Part shown: positions 24,501 through 38,600 of the stretch, piece by piece | How the letters are laid out: each line of letters opens with the position of its first letter | Numbering within the stretch: the first letter of the stretch is position 1 | DNA from: Octopus bimaculoides | Taxonomy: Eukaryota | DNA: 64,000 nt | Reading direction: 5' to 3' | NCBI RefSeq assembly: GCF_001194135.2 | Contig: NC_068981.1 | Span: forward strand, 65,597,070-65,661,069 | Translations under genes and position numbers: made by a program | The notes under the pieces: generated by a model | Databases searched by the model: none | The model's input: only the letters and a program-made list of their open reading frames with translations | What the model was told of the DNA's origin: nothing

Positions 24501-27500
24501 TTAATTCTACAACTTTATTTTCTTTCTTTGAATGTCAATCAAATAAATATCAACTGTGAACATCCCTTGGACTTTCATTGTTTTTTTGTTATTTGTATTT
24601 ACTTTGCTTTATATATTTCCATTTCGACCAGTAAACAATGGGAAAGGTATTCATCTATCCCATCCAATTCCAAACGCAATATAGGAGGACTCTTTCGTTA
24701 GAAAAGTAACAGAAGTAACTGAGAAGAGAGATATGCCATTCCTCTCTGAGATATATCAGTGTAATAATTCATCATCATCGTTGTCGTTTAACGTCTGCTT
24801 TCCATGTTAGCATGGGTTGGACGATTTGACTGAGGACTGGTGAACCAGATGGTTACACCAGGCTCCAATCTGATTTGGCAGAGTTTCTACAGCTGGATGC
24901 CCTTCCTAACGCCAACCACTCCGAGAGTGTAGTTATTAGATAAAACAAACCGACCTCAACAGAACTCCCTAATCTCCTAGTTCTAACTACATAGACATTG
25001 TCAGTAGCTGCCACAAAGCAATTGCATTACATCAGTTAGACATTCAGTTACATTTGAGGCTAAACATGTATGACGTTCAGATTAAGTATTGACAAAAAGT
25101 AGAAAGGAAACCATCATCATCTTTTAACATCCATTCTCGATACTGGTAGAGAGCTGCCCAGGCTTCATTTGTTTGTTTGGCATGGTTTCTATAGCTGGAT
25201 GCTCTTCCTGATGCCAACCACTTTACAGAGTGTACTGGGCGCTTTTACGTAACACTGACAAAGGGGCTTTTATGTGACACTGGCAGGGGCATTTTTACAT
25301 GGCATCTGCATGGACACTTTTACGTGGCACTGGNNNNNNNNNNACAGATAATGCAGCAGCTTTTCCTTCAAATAATTCCCTACCTTTTTTGAATCACAGA
25401 ACCATAAATTCTGGAGTTTCTTATTTACCATAACCAGTAATTAAAATACTCTCCTCAGCATCATTGGTTTTCACAACTACTTTTCCATGATGGTATAAAT
25501 ATTGGTTGGATTTAAAATAAAACAGTATCTGCTCACAAGATTTACTCTCATGTAATTTCAATTAAACCTCTGAAGCGTTAAGGTCTGTCTGGACTGATTT
25601 TGTAACCAATTACTATCCATTACTCACTCATGGTGATTTTTCATCTACTTTGGTATCACTAATTCACATCATATCCTCTAAACACCTCTAGTATCTAGTT
25701 GCTTTCTTAGCTCAGAATTAGATATAAATAACAGTGTATCTATTATATCCTATCCAATTAATACCAATGCTGACTTAGTAGTTTTAGTGACTACATTCTC
25801 TTCAGTTTAACTGAAGAATCAAATTGTTTTTTTAATAAGAAAATGGTTAATAAATAATATTATCTGTGAAATGAAAGGAAAATATAGAAAAACAACATAC
25901 CCAGCCGACTTTATTTGACTCCAGAATTTGTTAGTGTGGCAAATATACAATTTTCCACTTCCTGCTAATGGTACGAAGACATCTTGTTCTAAACGTATCA
26001 TTTCTCGAGACTGGACAGGATCATCAAGTCTAGAATTCATAGCAAAGTTAGAAATGAGTTGCTTGAAGAACAAGAAAATATACTGTATTTTCTGGCATAT
26101 AAATTGAAATTTTCAGACCAAAATTTAAAGCCAAAAAAAAAACAAAAGGTAGGTTAATGTATATACCATGACAACTTTGGAGGGCCTAAAATTCCATGTG
26201 AAATGCAGCAGAATTTGGAAAGGGAATGATATTTGAATGCTTACACTATATATGTCTCTGTATGCCAGAAAATGTGATATTGATAATAAAACAAACTTTA
26301 AAATCTCTACAAAAGTGTTACAGGTTTAGACTATTAACACAACTATAGTACAAATTGTATTGTGTATGTGTACATGTTAAATAAAGCTATTATTTTAAAG
26401 TTCATTTAAGAATAATAACTGAACATTTACTGCTAGGGTGATTCAACACAGAGTAAAGTGAAATTTGACTGGCACCTGTTGACTGTTTCAATCAATCTCA
26501 ATGAACAAGCGAATAAGTGAAACCTGAAGTCCCAATCAATTTGAATTTTACAACACACATACACACAGGCACGCATGCACACACACATCAAAATAAAAGA
26601 ATGGATAAGTTTTTTGGTATTATTTATTCATCATTACACAGGTTTTATTTGCTAATAGTAGTTACAAAATTGTACATGTAGAAGAAATATGCAAGACAGC
26701 CAATTAGAAATTAGAATCATATAATTTTGTAATTCCTATTAGCAAATAAAATGTGTAATGGTGAATAAATAATACAAAAATGCTTTCCAACCTCCTGTTC
26801 TGATATGTAATTAGTCTGCAAAAAGTATTTTCCAGAATTATCAACTCTTATGCATATCTCACACAAATACAATGTCTATATATGATTTTAGATTATTGGG
26901 ATAAATAGATGTGCTTAAAGAGGAAGGACACAGCTTATATTTTAACCTTATCTACATAATATATATATATAGTATTCCCAGTATATACAGCTGGTTATGC
27001 TGTACAACTACTACTGGTAGAACTCCACATTGAATACCAGTCTTCCTATAAGCAGTATGATTACTACTGTATTCAGTAGTGTTGCTGGTTATGATATAAA
27101 GAGCAAATATAGGGAAAAGAACGACAAACACCAGATGTAGTTTATATCATTTGTTTCCTATGCACATTTCAGCACTGTGGCTATTTGCATCCTTTGTAGT
27201 GGGTGGTTATCATGCAATTGGATGCAGATCCACAACAAATCTTCAATGGAACAACTTTATTACATTATGTTAGATAGTCTTGTGCTAGTTTCAGTTTTAA
27301 CGAGGCACATCCCTTGTTATATGATGGTAATTGGAGATAACTAATTGTGTAATGCAAGCTACATTTCCAATCAAAGCTATTATTTTTTTACCCTGCTCAT
27401 GCTTCTACAAAAAAGGCAAAAACAAAACAATTTTCATCATCCTAGCCCCCTGAATTCAATGTAGTTGGTCATTCTTGTACATGAATATCTCTAATCTGAA

Positions 27501-30500
27501 GAATCTTTCAATATAAACAATGCTTCAAACATAATTACATTTGGCTTGCAGAAAAGATTTCAGAAGCAGATATACACACCATATCTACTCTGCCTGCAAC
27601 GGAGGTAAAAGAAATTCTACCTTACTCTCCAAAAAATATCATTTAGAATTTGAAAGAGAATGGAATTAATAATACAGCAATCAGCTATAGTCAAGGCTGC
27701 ATGTTAATGGCTTCACCTTTGTTCGACTAAGTACATGTAGCTTTTTGAAATGCTTGATTTTGTGGCTACTATTGTCTAGTCTCAGGTCAGCCCTCATAAA
27801 GTAGATTTACTATCAATCAAAGTCATTGCAGCTGTGACCATCCAAATTTTTTTTGAGGCACAGTGAACTCCTGAAACATTATGCAACATGACCTACTTTT
27901 CTAAGATACTAGGGTGTAATTTGTGGAAGATTTGGTTCTTATTTCTAGCAGATGTAACCAATATCAAAATGAAGATATAAATAAACAACTGCTAAAGAAC
28001 CACTTATAAATACAAGTGGAATAAAATTCCATTCTTGACTAAAAGTGGCTATTGCTAGAGCACATAATTACAGCAGTTCTTTTTTCAGGATGGTAGAGTC
28101 AACCATCAACAGATCAATGGCATTAAAGTAGGCAAAGGTACAAAATTCATTCCTCTTAAGAAGTAAAATACTATTCATCATCATCATCATCATCGTTTAA
28201 TGTCTGCTTTCCATGCTAGCATGGGTTGGACGATTTGACTGAGGACTGGTGGACCAGGTGGCTACACCAGGCTCCAATCTGATTTGGCAGAGTTTCTACA
28301 GCTGGATGCCCTTCCTAATGCCAACCACTCCGAGAATGTAGTGGGTGCTTGTACGTGCTGCCGGCATGAGGGCCAGTCAGGCGGTACCGGCAACGGCCAC
28401 GCTCAAAATGGTGTATTTTACGTGCCACCTGCACAGGAGCCAGTCCAGTGGTACTGGCAGCGATCTCGCTTGAATGTCTTTTCACGTGCCACTGGCACAA
28501 GTGCCAGGAAGGTGACTAAACCATAACATCTGAAGTAACGATGGATTGAAGCTTTGGTTTTGAATAAGTGAATACACAGGCATATATATCATTCATCTGT
28601 GTGTGTGTGTGTGTGTAAAACATACTTATAGACAAATACATCATCATTGTTTTAGCATGTTTTTCCAAGTTGGATTGGGTGGCCTTCCCATATTGCTTAT
28701 TACCAATTTGCTCTTACATCACATCTTATTGAGGATCAGCATTCCTCTGGTTGTCACATGTATGCTGCACTACAGAGCATTTGTTTACTGGAGAAAGTAA
28801 ATGTCACCATCTTTTGCTATACACTCTAATGCTAGAAGTGAGTAGATTCTGATCAATGATTCTGTTCAATCTGCTGGCAAAGAAGCCAACCATACTGTTA
28901 GCTGTATGATATTATGGGTCCAAAAATTTAATCCTGCATACCTGATATACAACACACACACACACAAAGAGTTTATTTCTTACAGAAACAATGTATCTTC
29001 AAATATAATTTTGAAAAATAATCACAGAAAAGTAAGACAACAGTGAATAACAAAGCAGTGCACAACAGCTATGTTACAACAGAGTACACTAATTTACAGT
29101 CTATATTGCTAATGGTACCAGTTACTAATGCCAGCAGTGAAACCACAATAACTGTGTAACCCACTAGGATTAAAACATAATTATAATTACATATCTAGAA
29201 CCAATTATTCAATTCCACTCTCCCTCCACCTGACTAAAAAATTTACAAATAAGAAAAACTGATACTAGCACAATATAATAGAACATGAAGTGGATTTAGC
29301 TTTTGACTAATTGTTTATAGATCTTGAATTCAATTCCACTATAGGGATTCATCATATGATTTAGGCAATACACTCATTCTGCAGATCACTTGGTAATTAT
29401 ACCATACCAGTACTCGACTGGTGTGCAAGCCAAATGAAAGAGTTGTTTATTTCTAATTCACATGACACCATAAAATCAGAGGTACCTTAGGATTTAGAAG
29501 CTGCAAGCCCAATACTAATTCTGGTATTCACTTATACTTGTTTAAATATGAATAACAAAAAAATAATAATCAGACAGCTGCATACTATCTAGGAATTTAT
29601 AGTAAATGAAAATTTAATTATCAGAATATTAATTACTAAGCAAAGACTTCAGAAATCTAGTCATGAATTTCTGAAATTCTCATTGTTAAATTCCAGTTGT
29701 TATAGTGCTATAGACAAATCCTTCCAAGACGGGGCACTAATCTATCAAAAACACCTCTTGCAGAACTTCAAGTACTTATTTTGAAAAGCTAGGTCAAGTG
29801 AAGTATATAACAGAAAGCAGCCTGCTTAAATTCTCACTAATATGAGGTTTCTCGATGGTTGCTTGGCCAGTTAGAACTAGCAGTCAAATCTCCCTCAACT
29901 CATGTCATAACATCATGGATTATGTAGTCTTGAGTAAACTACTTTTAGAAAATAAAAGATGATCATGGCTTAAATGTCATTGATCAAAGGTGAGACTGAC
30001 CTAGGTTGATTTATGACTAAATATTTGTTTTTCTCAATAATTTAATCAGAAAAGGAAGGACAGTACTAATGACATACAGGAAAGGAAGATCTTGCTAACC
30101 CAAGACCATGTTTGAATGCCTGCAACAGAATGGATACCACTAAAAGCTTTTACGAGTGAGGTGGTGGTGTTAAACTGGGCAACAAATTAAGTCTACAACA
30201 ACACATTAAAATGCTTGTTACAGAGCATTTGAAAACATGCTCTGTACAATATCTTATCTACTTAACTAAATGACTCAAAAGTTCTTAACTAAAATAGAAA
30301 ATAAATTAAGAACTAATTCATAGACTATTAACCTCAGTTTGTACCCCACCCCCACACACCCTACAAAATAATGTATTTATTTATATTTACAAATAAGTAC
30401 ACAAGATATCTCTTAAAGTTCCTTCTCTCAGAATTACCAATATGTTACAGACAAACTAATGGGAAATATTTTGTCACTTAGGATCAAAACAGCTATTTTT

Positions 30501-32584
30501 CACTGCTGGCTTCAGTATATGTGATTAGGTAACAGGAAAGAATTGGTTTAACTGAAAACGCATGCAAGATATAACAAGAGACAACAAACAAGTTGCATAC
30601 AAGAATTACCAAATCGATCAAATCTAGTATTAGGTTAAACAAAAGCATTTTTTACGTGTTTTGAGTGCTGAAGTTCTTAATTTTGGCACTGTTATTAATT
30701 ATAAACAGGATGTTACTTAAAAAAGGAAAAGAAGAAAAAATGTTTTAATAATAACAAATATATATTAACAATTATTATGAACAATTAATCTATATATATG
30801 TTTACTGCTGACTTGAAAATTTTCCCCATTTACAAGTTTCAGGTATTAAACCATAACCACTCAGAGCTACCCAGTGCTCTGTAGTGTGAAGTGTATGTTT
30901 GGAATGGAGCACCCCAGAGTTACTTGAACTTAGATGGTAAAGGGAAATAACGATTCTGATGGTTCTATCATTCAACTATATTTTATATTCTGAGTTTAAA
31001 TCCAGTTGAGGTCATCACTGACTTTAACAGATCAAATCCTGCCAAGGCTAACTTTGCTTTCATCCTTCTGGGCTTGATAAAGCACAAACCAAACACTATG
31101 GTAAACTCTTATTCCCACTTCACTCTCTCCATCAGTATCAGCTATATTGTGCTGTAAATGAATTGTAGGATGACCCACTCAGTGCCCTCTTCTTTCAAAA
31201 GACGGGAGAAAGTTGTCCCAGAGGCTAGTAACCATCTTTAATGTAACAAACTACAAAAATATGATCCAAAGGAACCGTAGACACTTGGGTGTGGAGTGAC
31301 TGATATGCTATACAGAAGAGAATTGTTGAAAAGGTCAAAAAGAAATGAAAATTGAATTGACTCCAAGCTGGTACTTAATATTTACACTACCACCCCTGCA
31401 GAGGGATGGAAGATTGTGTCAATTTTGGTGGAATGTGAACATGAAACATAGAATATCTTTAAAAAAAAAATCATAAATCACTTGTTTTTTATAATTCACC
31501 TCTAATAATAATATTGGTTTCAAATTTTGGTACAAGGCGAGCAAGTTTAGGGAAAGAGATAAGTTGACTACATCAACCCCAGTCCTCAACTAGTACTTAT
31601 TTTATTAACCCCCAAAAGGTTGAAAGGCACAGTCAACCTCAGCAGAATTTGAACTCAGAACATGAAGATGGATGAAATGTCACTGAGCATTTTGCCTGGA
31701 GTGCCTAATGATTCTGTCAGCTTGCCACCTTAGCTCTAATAATAATATTAATTATAATAATGATTTCTTACATTTACATTTTGAGGAAGTATAAAAAAAA
31801 GAGAGATGAACTATGTGAACTCAAAAGTTAATAGTGGTTGTACTTAATACTACAAAACAAATTAGTTCAGCTCTCTACAACTTGGTATCACTCTATAACC
31901 TAAATATTAATTATTTCTAGCATAGGCACAAAGCTGGAAATTTGGGAGAGTTGGTTTGTTGATACCATAAGCCCCAGCACTCGAATGAAAGGCAAAGTTG
32001 AACTCAGAATGAAAAGACAAGGAAGAAATACTGCAAAGCATTTTTCTTGATATTTCAAATTTTGGCACAAGGCCAACAATTTTAGGGGAGGGTGTAAATC
32101 AATTACATCAACCCAAGTGCTCAACTGATATTTATTTTACCAACCCTGAAAATATGAAAGGCAAAGTTGACCTTGACAGAATTTGAACTCAGAATATAGA
32201 GCCAGACAAAATGCCACTAAACATCTGGCCCAATGTGCTAATGCTTCATCTTTGTCACCACCTTACTTAATAATAATCATAATAAAATTTAGTTTGATAT
32301 TTCCTCACCAGACTAGCCATTAAAAGTAATTATTTAACAGACTATTATAATATATTATGATGAACTTCAACTCAGGTGGTTTCTTGAAGGTGAGCGAATT
32401 TTCTTTATTTTAATTAATGTGTCTGTGAATCTGGGTGCATAGGTTACTTCAAACAGGTTAATACAAATTCAAAGATATTCGTACCCAAATTCCATGTCCA
32501 ACGGTATACGACTAATTCACAAAATAAAGGAAACAATATAAAAAGAAAGAGAAAGTTATAAATAAATATATATACACACACACA

Positions 32585-32636
<52 letters not shown>

Positions 32637-35600
32637 CACACGCACACAAATATTTTTATATGTATGATGTACATGTATATATGTGTGGCTGTGTGGTTAA
32701 GAAGTTTTTCTCCATCATTTGGCACACATAGCAACACAGAAAGGCACTCATTTTTGTGGTAGTGTATATCATTAATGCATATTGATTTAGTCATATATTG
32801 ATGTGTGTGGTCATGCATAGATAGTTAACTTCACTATTGCAAGTACAAGGAGAAATACTGTACTCCTACAATATTTTTCCTTACATGAGGCCAGAGATTG
32901 AGAAGATCTCTCAGCAGAAGGCCAATACCACTGATACGTAATCCCATATCTACTTCTCTATCAGTTTCTAACTGGAAGAACAGGGTTTCCACACGCAGTC
33001 ATTAGTAGTCATTAACGTTTACCAGAGTCATTTACACAGTCAAAGTAGTCATTAGCAATAATTTATGAGTCGTGGCTCCTTTTCTACCATAAAATTATAA
33101 ATGAAAATTACTCATATTCACTGTGAATCCAGTGGGCAATTCTCCCTGCTACATAACAACATACAAATCCACATGTGAGAGAAACACTCTCTCACACCTT
33201 ATCTCTATTCAATCTCCACTCCAACCCACAGTATGTCTGCTCATTTGTATGCATGTAGAACTCCTACTCCCACCACTTCAATCATCTCTCACTCAACAAC
33301 AAGGTTTTACATTTTATCTTGCTCAAATTCCCCTAAATTAATCTGCTGTTTCAATCACTTTCTGAAGTTTTCTACTCAGAAGAGTTTGTTTTAACTATTT
33401 GTCATCCTTCATCAAGAACACCCATCGCATATTGACTTCCTCTGAAGCCATTGTCTATGCTGACTGCAATGAACAGAAGTCCTCTTGGCTCTCACATTCC
33501 TCTACTCCAATGCAGAAGCTGAACATTCTACCATTCTAAAATCTTTGTAATAATTAGTATCATCTGTTAAACATTTTCCTGATCATCAGAGACACATCAA
33601 TCGTCCTTGATTTCTTTCCCACCTCTAAATTCAGCCTGTACCAAACTCCCAATATTACTTAATGTATTAACATACTACACAATATCCCTTCCCAAATTTT
33701 ATAGTAATTCAAGTCAGTACTGATGTGGCTCTCTCTGACCCATACTATCAACTCTGGTGTAGTCAAAGTTTAGTTATGTCTCTGATAGTATACCTCCTAT
33801 ACATCAGTGACCTTATTGCTGCTACACCCATTTCCATGCTAATGCTGCCACTCTACACTCCTCTTTAACTGACTGCATACGCAAGCAACCCAGACATCTC
33901 ATGTTAAAGCTTCTATGAGCAAAGACCTACCAATGGAGACATGACAATCTACTGTCTTTCAAACAGCAGTAAGATACAATTGCTGTTCATAACCAGGAAA
34001 GTGTCTTGTATTTCACTCTATCTTAACTATGTAAATGCAAATCTTCACAGATGCTACAAAAACTACATCTCACAACCTCTGATCTTGCCTACATAACTAC
34101 ATCCTAAAAACTTTTTTATTTCACTGGTCTTTAAAAACATACAGCTACAAGACATATAGGGAATGTAAACACCACATAACTGTTTTGCTCAGATAGTGTC
34201 ATGCAAAGACAGAATACCAATTTACATTCACATGATGGAATTCTATACAGTTTCCTCTACCAATTTCACTCATAGGGCCTTGATCAGTTTTGAGGTCATA
34301 GGAGAAGACACTATCTGAAGGTGGCATGCAGTGGGATACAACCTGAAACAAACACACACAGCCGTCCTGTGCCTAAGTGTGCATGTATAGATGGATCTAA
34401 GTGTGATTATATGAGTGTGTGTAAATGTTTCTCAGTCTGTTGTTTCAGTGACTGAGTGATGATGAGATGTTGAAATACCAAAGATGGTAAATTCATGTTC
34501 TTTTGTTTTTGTTTGTTTATTTGTTATATCTTTAAAGAAAAATTCACTGTTATCTGAAATTTGCAAGTGGAAACAGAAAAAAATAAAGAAAAACATTCTT
34601 TTTATCAAACTGAATTTTTCCAATTGTACTTTTAATGGGAACATTTTAGTTTATCAAAACTAAAAATATAATTTACAAAAGAATTGCAATCCAAATTAAC
34701 ATCCTTGTGAGATATTGATTAAAATAATAGTAAACTTTTAATTGTCTCAGTATCAATCTGGTTGAGAAAAGAAAAAGACAAAACGTAAAAAAAAACAAAA
34801 AAACAACCTCACTACTTGCATACATAAATGTCAGAGCAAACACTTCATGCAAACTTCAAAATTTATAGACCTATTTAACCCATGCTAAAATTGAAAAATT
34901 AAAGATATAAAATAAATATAAAAAATAAAAAAGAAATAATAAGTGCAAAAAAATGTTAATAAACTTTACACTGCACTGTTTAAAAATACATACTTATAGC
35001 TATCCTTGGCATTCTTCTTGAAGGCAGTTTCTATTGCTTGGAAAATTTCTGGATTAAAGAGGTAAATCCCACAGTTTATGATATTACTAACAAATGTCTC
35101 TGGCTTTTCAACATAATGTAAGACCTACAATGTAAAGAAAAAGAGGAAGACAATTGTAAATAAAACCAAGTATTTAATTTACATTTTTCATATAAACCTC
35201 TCTCTCATTGTATCTTTTTTTACGATACAAAGCTATAAGTTTTAAAGTATTCAAATCTAATTTAAAATCTTCCATATTTTATATCAGAACAGGCTTATTA
35301 TGTTATGTTCTGAAGATCAGCTAAATAAAGAAAAAGTTATCTTTCTAAATCTCTCTATTTTAGTTTATGGTAATGGAAGGTATAATTCATCTATCCAAAG
35401 AAAAACTCTAGCAATTTCAACTCTCTACAAATTCATAGCCTGATCTTAGCATCTTTATTTTATTTTCAAACATTTAGAACTATTTTAGATAGTTCTAAAT
35501 ATTTCGTTTTTTTTTTTAGAAGTCCACTTTTCCATGCTCGCATGGATCAGATGGAAGTTGTTGACAGATTTTATGTGGCTGAATGCCTTTCTTATCACAA

Positions 35601-38600
35601 GCCCTCACCTGTTTCCAAGTTAATATTTCTCCATGGCCAAACATGTTTTCAAAGAAGACTGCAAACAAAGGACATATCTGTGTCTTAACCCAACAGACTC
35701 CATATTAAACAGCTTGCCTAAGCCTTCATCCCCAGAACTACAATCTTTTACAACTTCATCATAACGCACATTTCATCTTTCACCCCCATCCACTCCCATT
35801 ATCAAACACCGACCAGAAGTTTAAGGTGAACATAAAACATATTCAAAGAATGAGGAGTACTTTCTTCCTCACACTAATTAATAGTAATATAATTAGTATA
35901 TCAAATTATTTTGATTTTGTATTTGGTTTGCAAGAGGAAATCATGTGTTGAAAGAGATTTTAGTGTATCTCAGTTGAGTCATTATGCCAATAATAAACAC
36001 ATGCACCAGCTGTATTTCATTTCTTTTATTATTATAATCCAGACCTGGAGAAGAGAGGGAAGGCGATTTTATGAAGTTATGAATGGCAACAAAAGGACTG
36101 ATGAACCTAACTGATTGACTAATTCACTAAACAACTAATCAAACATTAGATTAACTAACTGGTTCGATGACTAATTAGTTGACAATAATAGTATAAGAAG
36201 TGAAACAGAACCAGTGTGAGTGTGTTTATTATTGACCTCATGACCCTCTGAAGATACAACAATATCAAATTAGTAAAAATCTAGCACAAAATGGCAAGGG
36301 CCATCAAACGGAATTATGTTGTAGGAGTGCTAAGTCTAAGCCTGAACCAAAATTTTGACTCCACTATCACCTCACAAAACCACAAACTTAAAAATAACAA
36401 AAAGCAAATGATGGAACCTCTTTATGGTTACTTAAGTTGTGAAAAATACTAACTAAATCTCCTTCAAATCATATCCTACCATTTTAAAACAAGGACACAC
36501 TATAGATGATAATACACAATATCTGAAGGAAAGACAGAATGGTCATAGGTCTGCTCTATCAAGTTGACATGAAGCTAAATAATAAAACAAAAATTAATTG
36601 CAAATAATGCAGTGACCAGCACAAAATATGAATCATTCACCAATCAGACTATAGGTTAAGCTTTGTGAACTTACATACTTTTTCAGTGGAGTAGTTGAAA
36701 GAAAAAGAAAACAAATTGAATAGATTATCATAATACAAAAGACTTACAGTAATATTATTGATAACGTTAATATTGATTATGTTTTTATTATAGAAGAGGC
36801 TGTACAGCCCATGGAAACTTCTCACAAACACAATAATACACATACACATTCATACTGGCTACCAACCTCATGTGTTGCTTTTCCTTCTACCATGCTGCCA
36901 AACCTTAAAGATTGTTGTCGTGTAGCCTGAAAATATGAAATATCAAGTAAATAATAATAAAACAACCAAAAAACACTTGGAAATTGATGGAAGAAATGAA
37001 GAAAATTAAATTTTAAAAATCTGGCAGTAATTAAATATGTCTCATAAAATGTTGACATACAACAGTATATCTATCTTAAGTTTTGCTTTTATTTTCCATT
37101 TTAAAAATATCTAATAATCTATAAAGAGAAACCAACTTTAAATTTTTTTCATTAATTTAATTAAGGTGGCAAGGTGGCTGAATCGTTAGCACACTGGACA
37201 AAATGCTTAGTGGTATTTCATCCAGCTTTATGTTCTGAGTTCAAATTCTGCTGAGGTTGATTTTGCTCTTCATCCTTTTGGGATCAATAAGTACCAGTTG
37301 AGTACTGTGAGGTCCATGAAATCGACTTACCCCTTCCTTTTCAATGGCCATTCTTATGCGATTGGCTTTTAGTGAAAGAGGGAGTTTGACACTGCTGCCC
37401 TCTTGTGAGTTTCTTGCTGTGATATAGGTTCATCTGGGCCCTTGGACAGCAGAAAATCAAGTTGTTTCTTGAAAACATCTCCATGAAGATCCCTTGAATC
37501 CCAAACTACTGCAGTGCATGGTCCTAATTCTAGATGGGATAGCTGGGACCTTTGGAACAGTAAAGTGACGTCCAGTTCAGGGGTTAGTATAGCTCTTGAT
37601 GTTAAAGTTTGGAGCCAACCTCTCCAGGATCTTCCATACATATTTCACGGCATACCTCTCCCATCTTTGCTCCAGAGAGTAGTAACATGATTAGAAAACA
37701 AAAACTTTATTTCCAAATTTAACATCTTTTAATTAAAACTTGAGTCGAAAAGAGATGAAATAAATTCTAATAGAACAAAAAATATCTTATCCATATCTGT
37801 ATGTTTTGCTTCTAAAATTAGAGAAATTTCCATTGGCAAAAATACGCACAATTATTGTGAGATTAAATTGGAAGAGTACTGACCACTAACAGAAAAGACT
37901 TCAAAACCATAAAGCCATCTGTTGTTCTAAATTCAAGAACAAGGGACGTAATTCTGCTTGTCTCAGTCTGACTAGCAACACGTTCCTCTATCTAGAACTT
38001 CCCAGTAGGGAAAAAGTAATATTGCCAGACCACCTGATGTCTATTTATGATAACTCATTAAATTGATGTAATAAAAAATCGAGTGTTCTGCCATGAAGCA
38101 TGATAAAATGTTAACTAAAAATAACATTGTGCAGATAAACTAGCATGGCTTTCTGAAAGGCGTATAATGTTTGAAGGAAAACTCATTATACAGGAATATA
38201 TTTTTGTTGATTTAATTTTAAAGTCTATTTTTGCAACTAATAGAAAACTTTAAAAACACCTAATTATGGTGATGATGAAGACGATTACTTTTCATCATCA
38301 TCGTCGTTTAACGTCCACTTTCCATGCTAGCATGGGTTGGACGATTTGACTGAGGACTGGTGGACCAGGAGGCGACACCAGGCTCCAATCTGATTTGGTA
38401 GAGTTTCTACAGCTGGATGCCCTTCCTAATGCCAACCATTCCGGGAGTGTAGTGGGTGCTTTTACGTGCCACCGGCATGAGGGCCAGTCAGGCGGGTATT
38501 GGCAACGGCCACGCTCAGCGGGTACTGGCAACAAGAATAAAATAGAAGTTTTGGTGTTGGTGCTTATTTCAAAGCCAAGCCTTTTAAAAATTTTGCTAGC

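Noticed and set aside
34432-34644. ORF with acceptor-like TTTCAG close to GMPPA exon 6
   Set aside because: No GMPPA similarity, low complexity, no suitable donor or phase.
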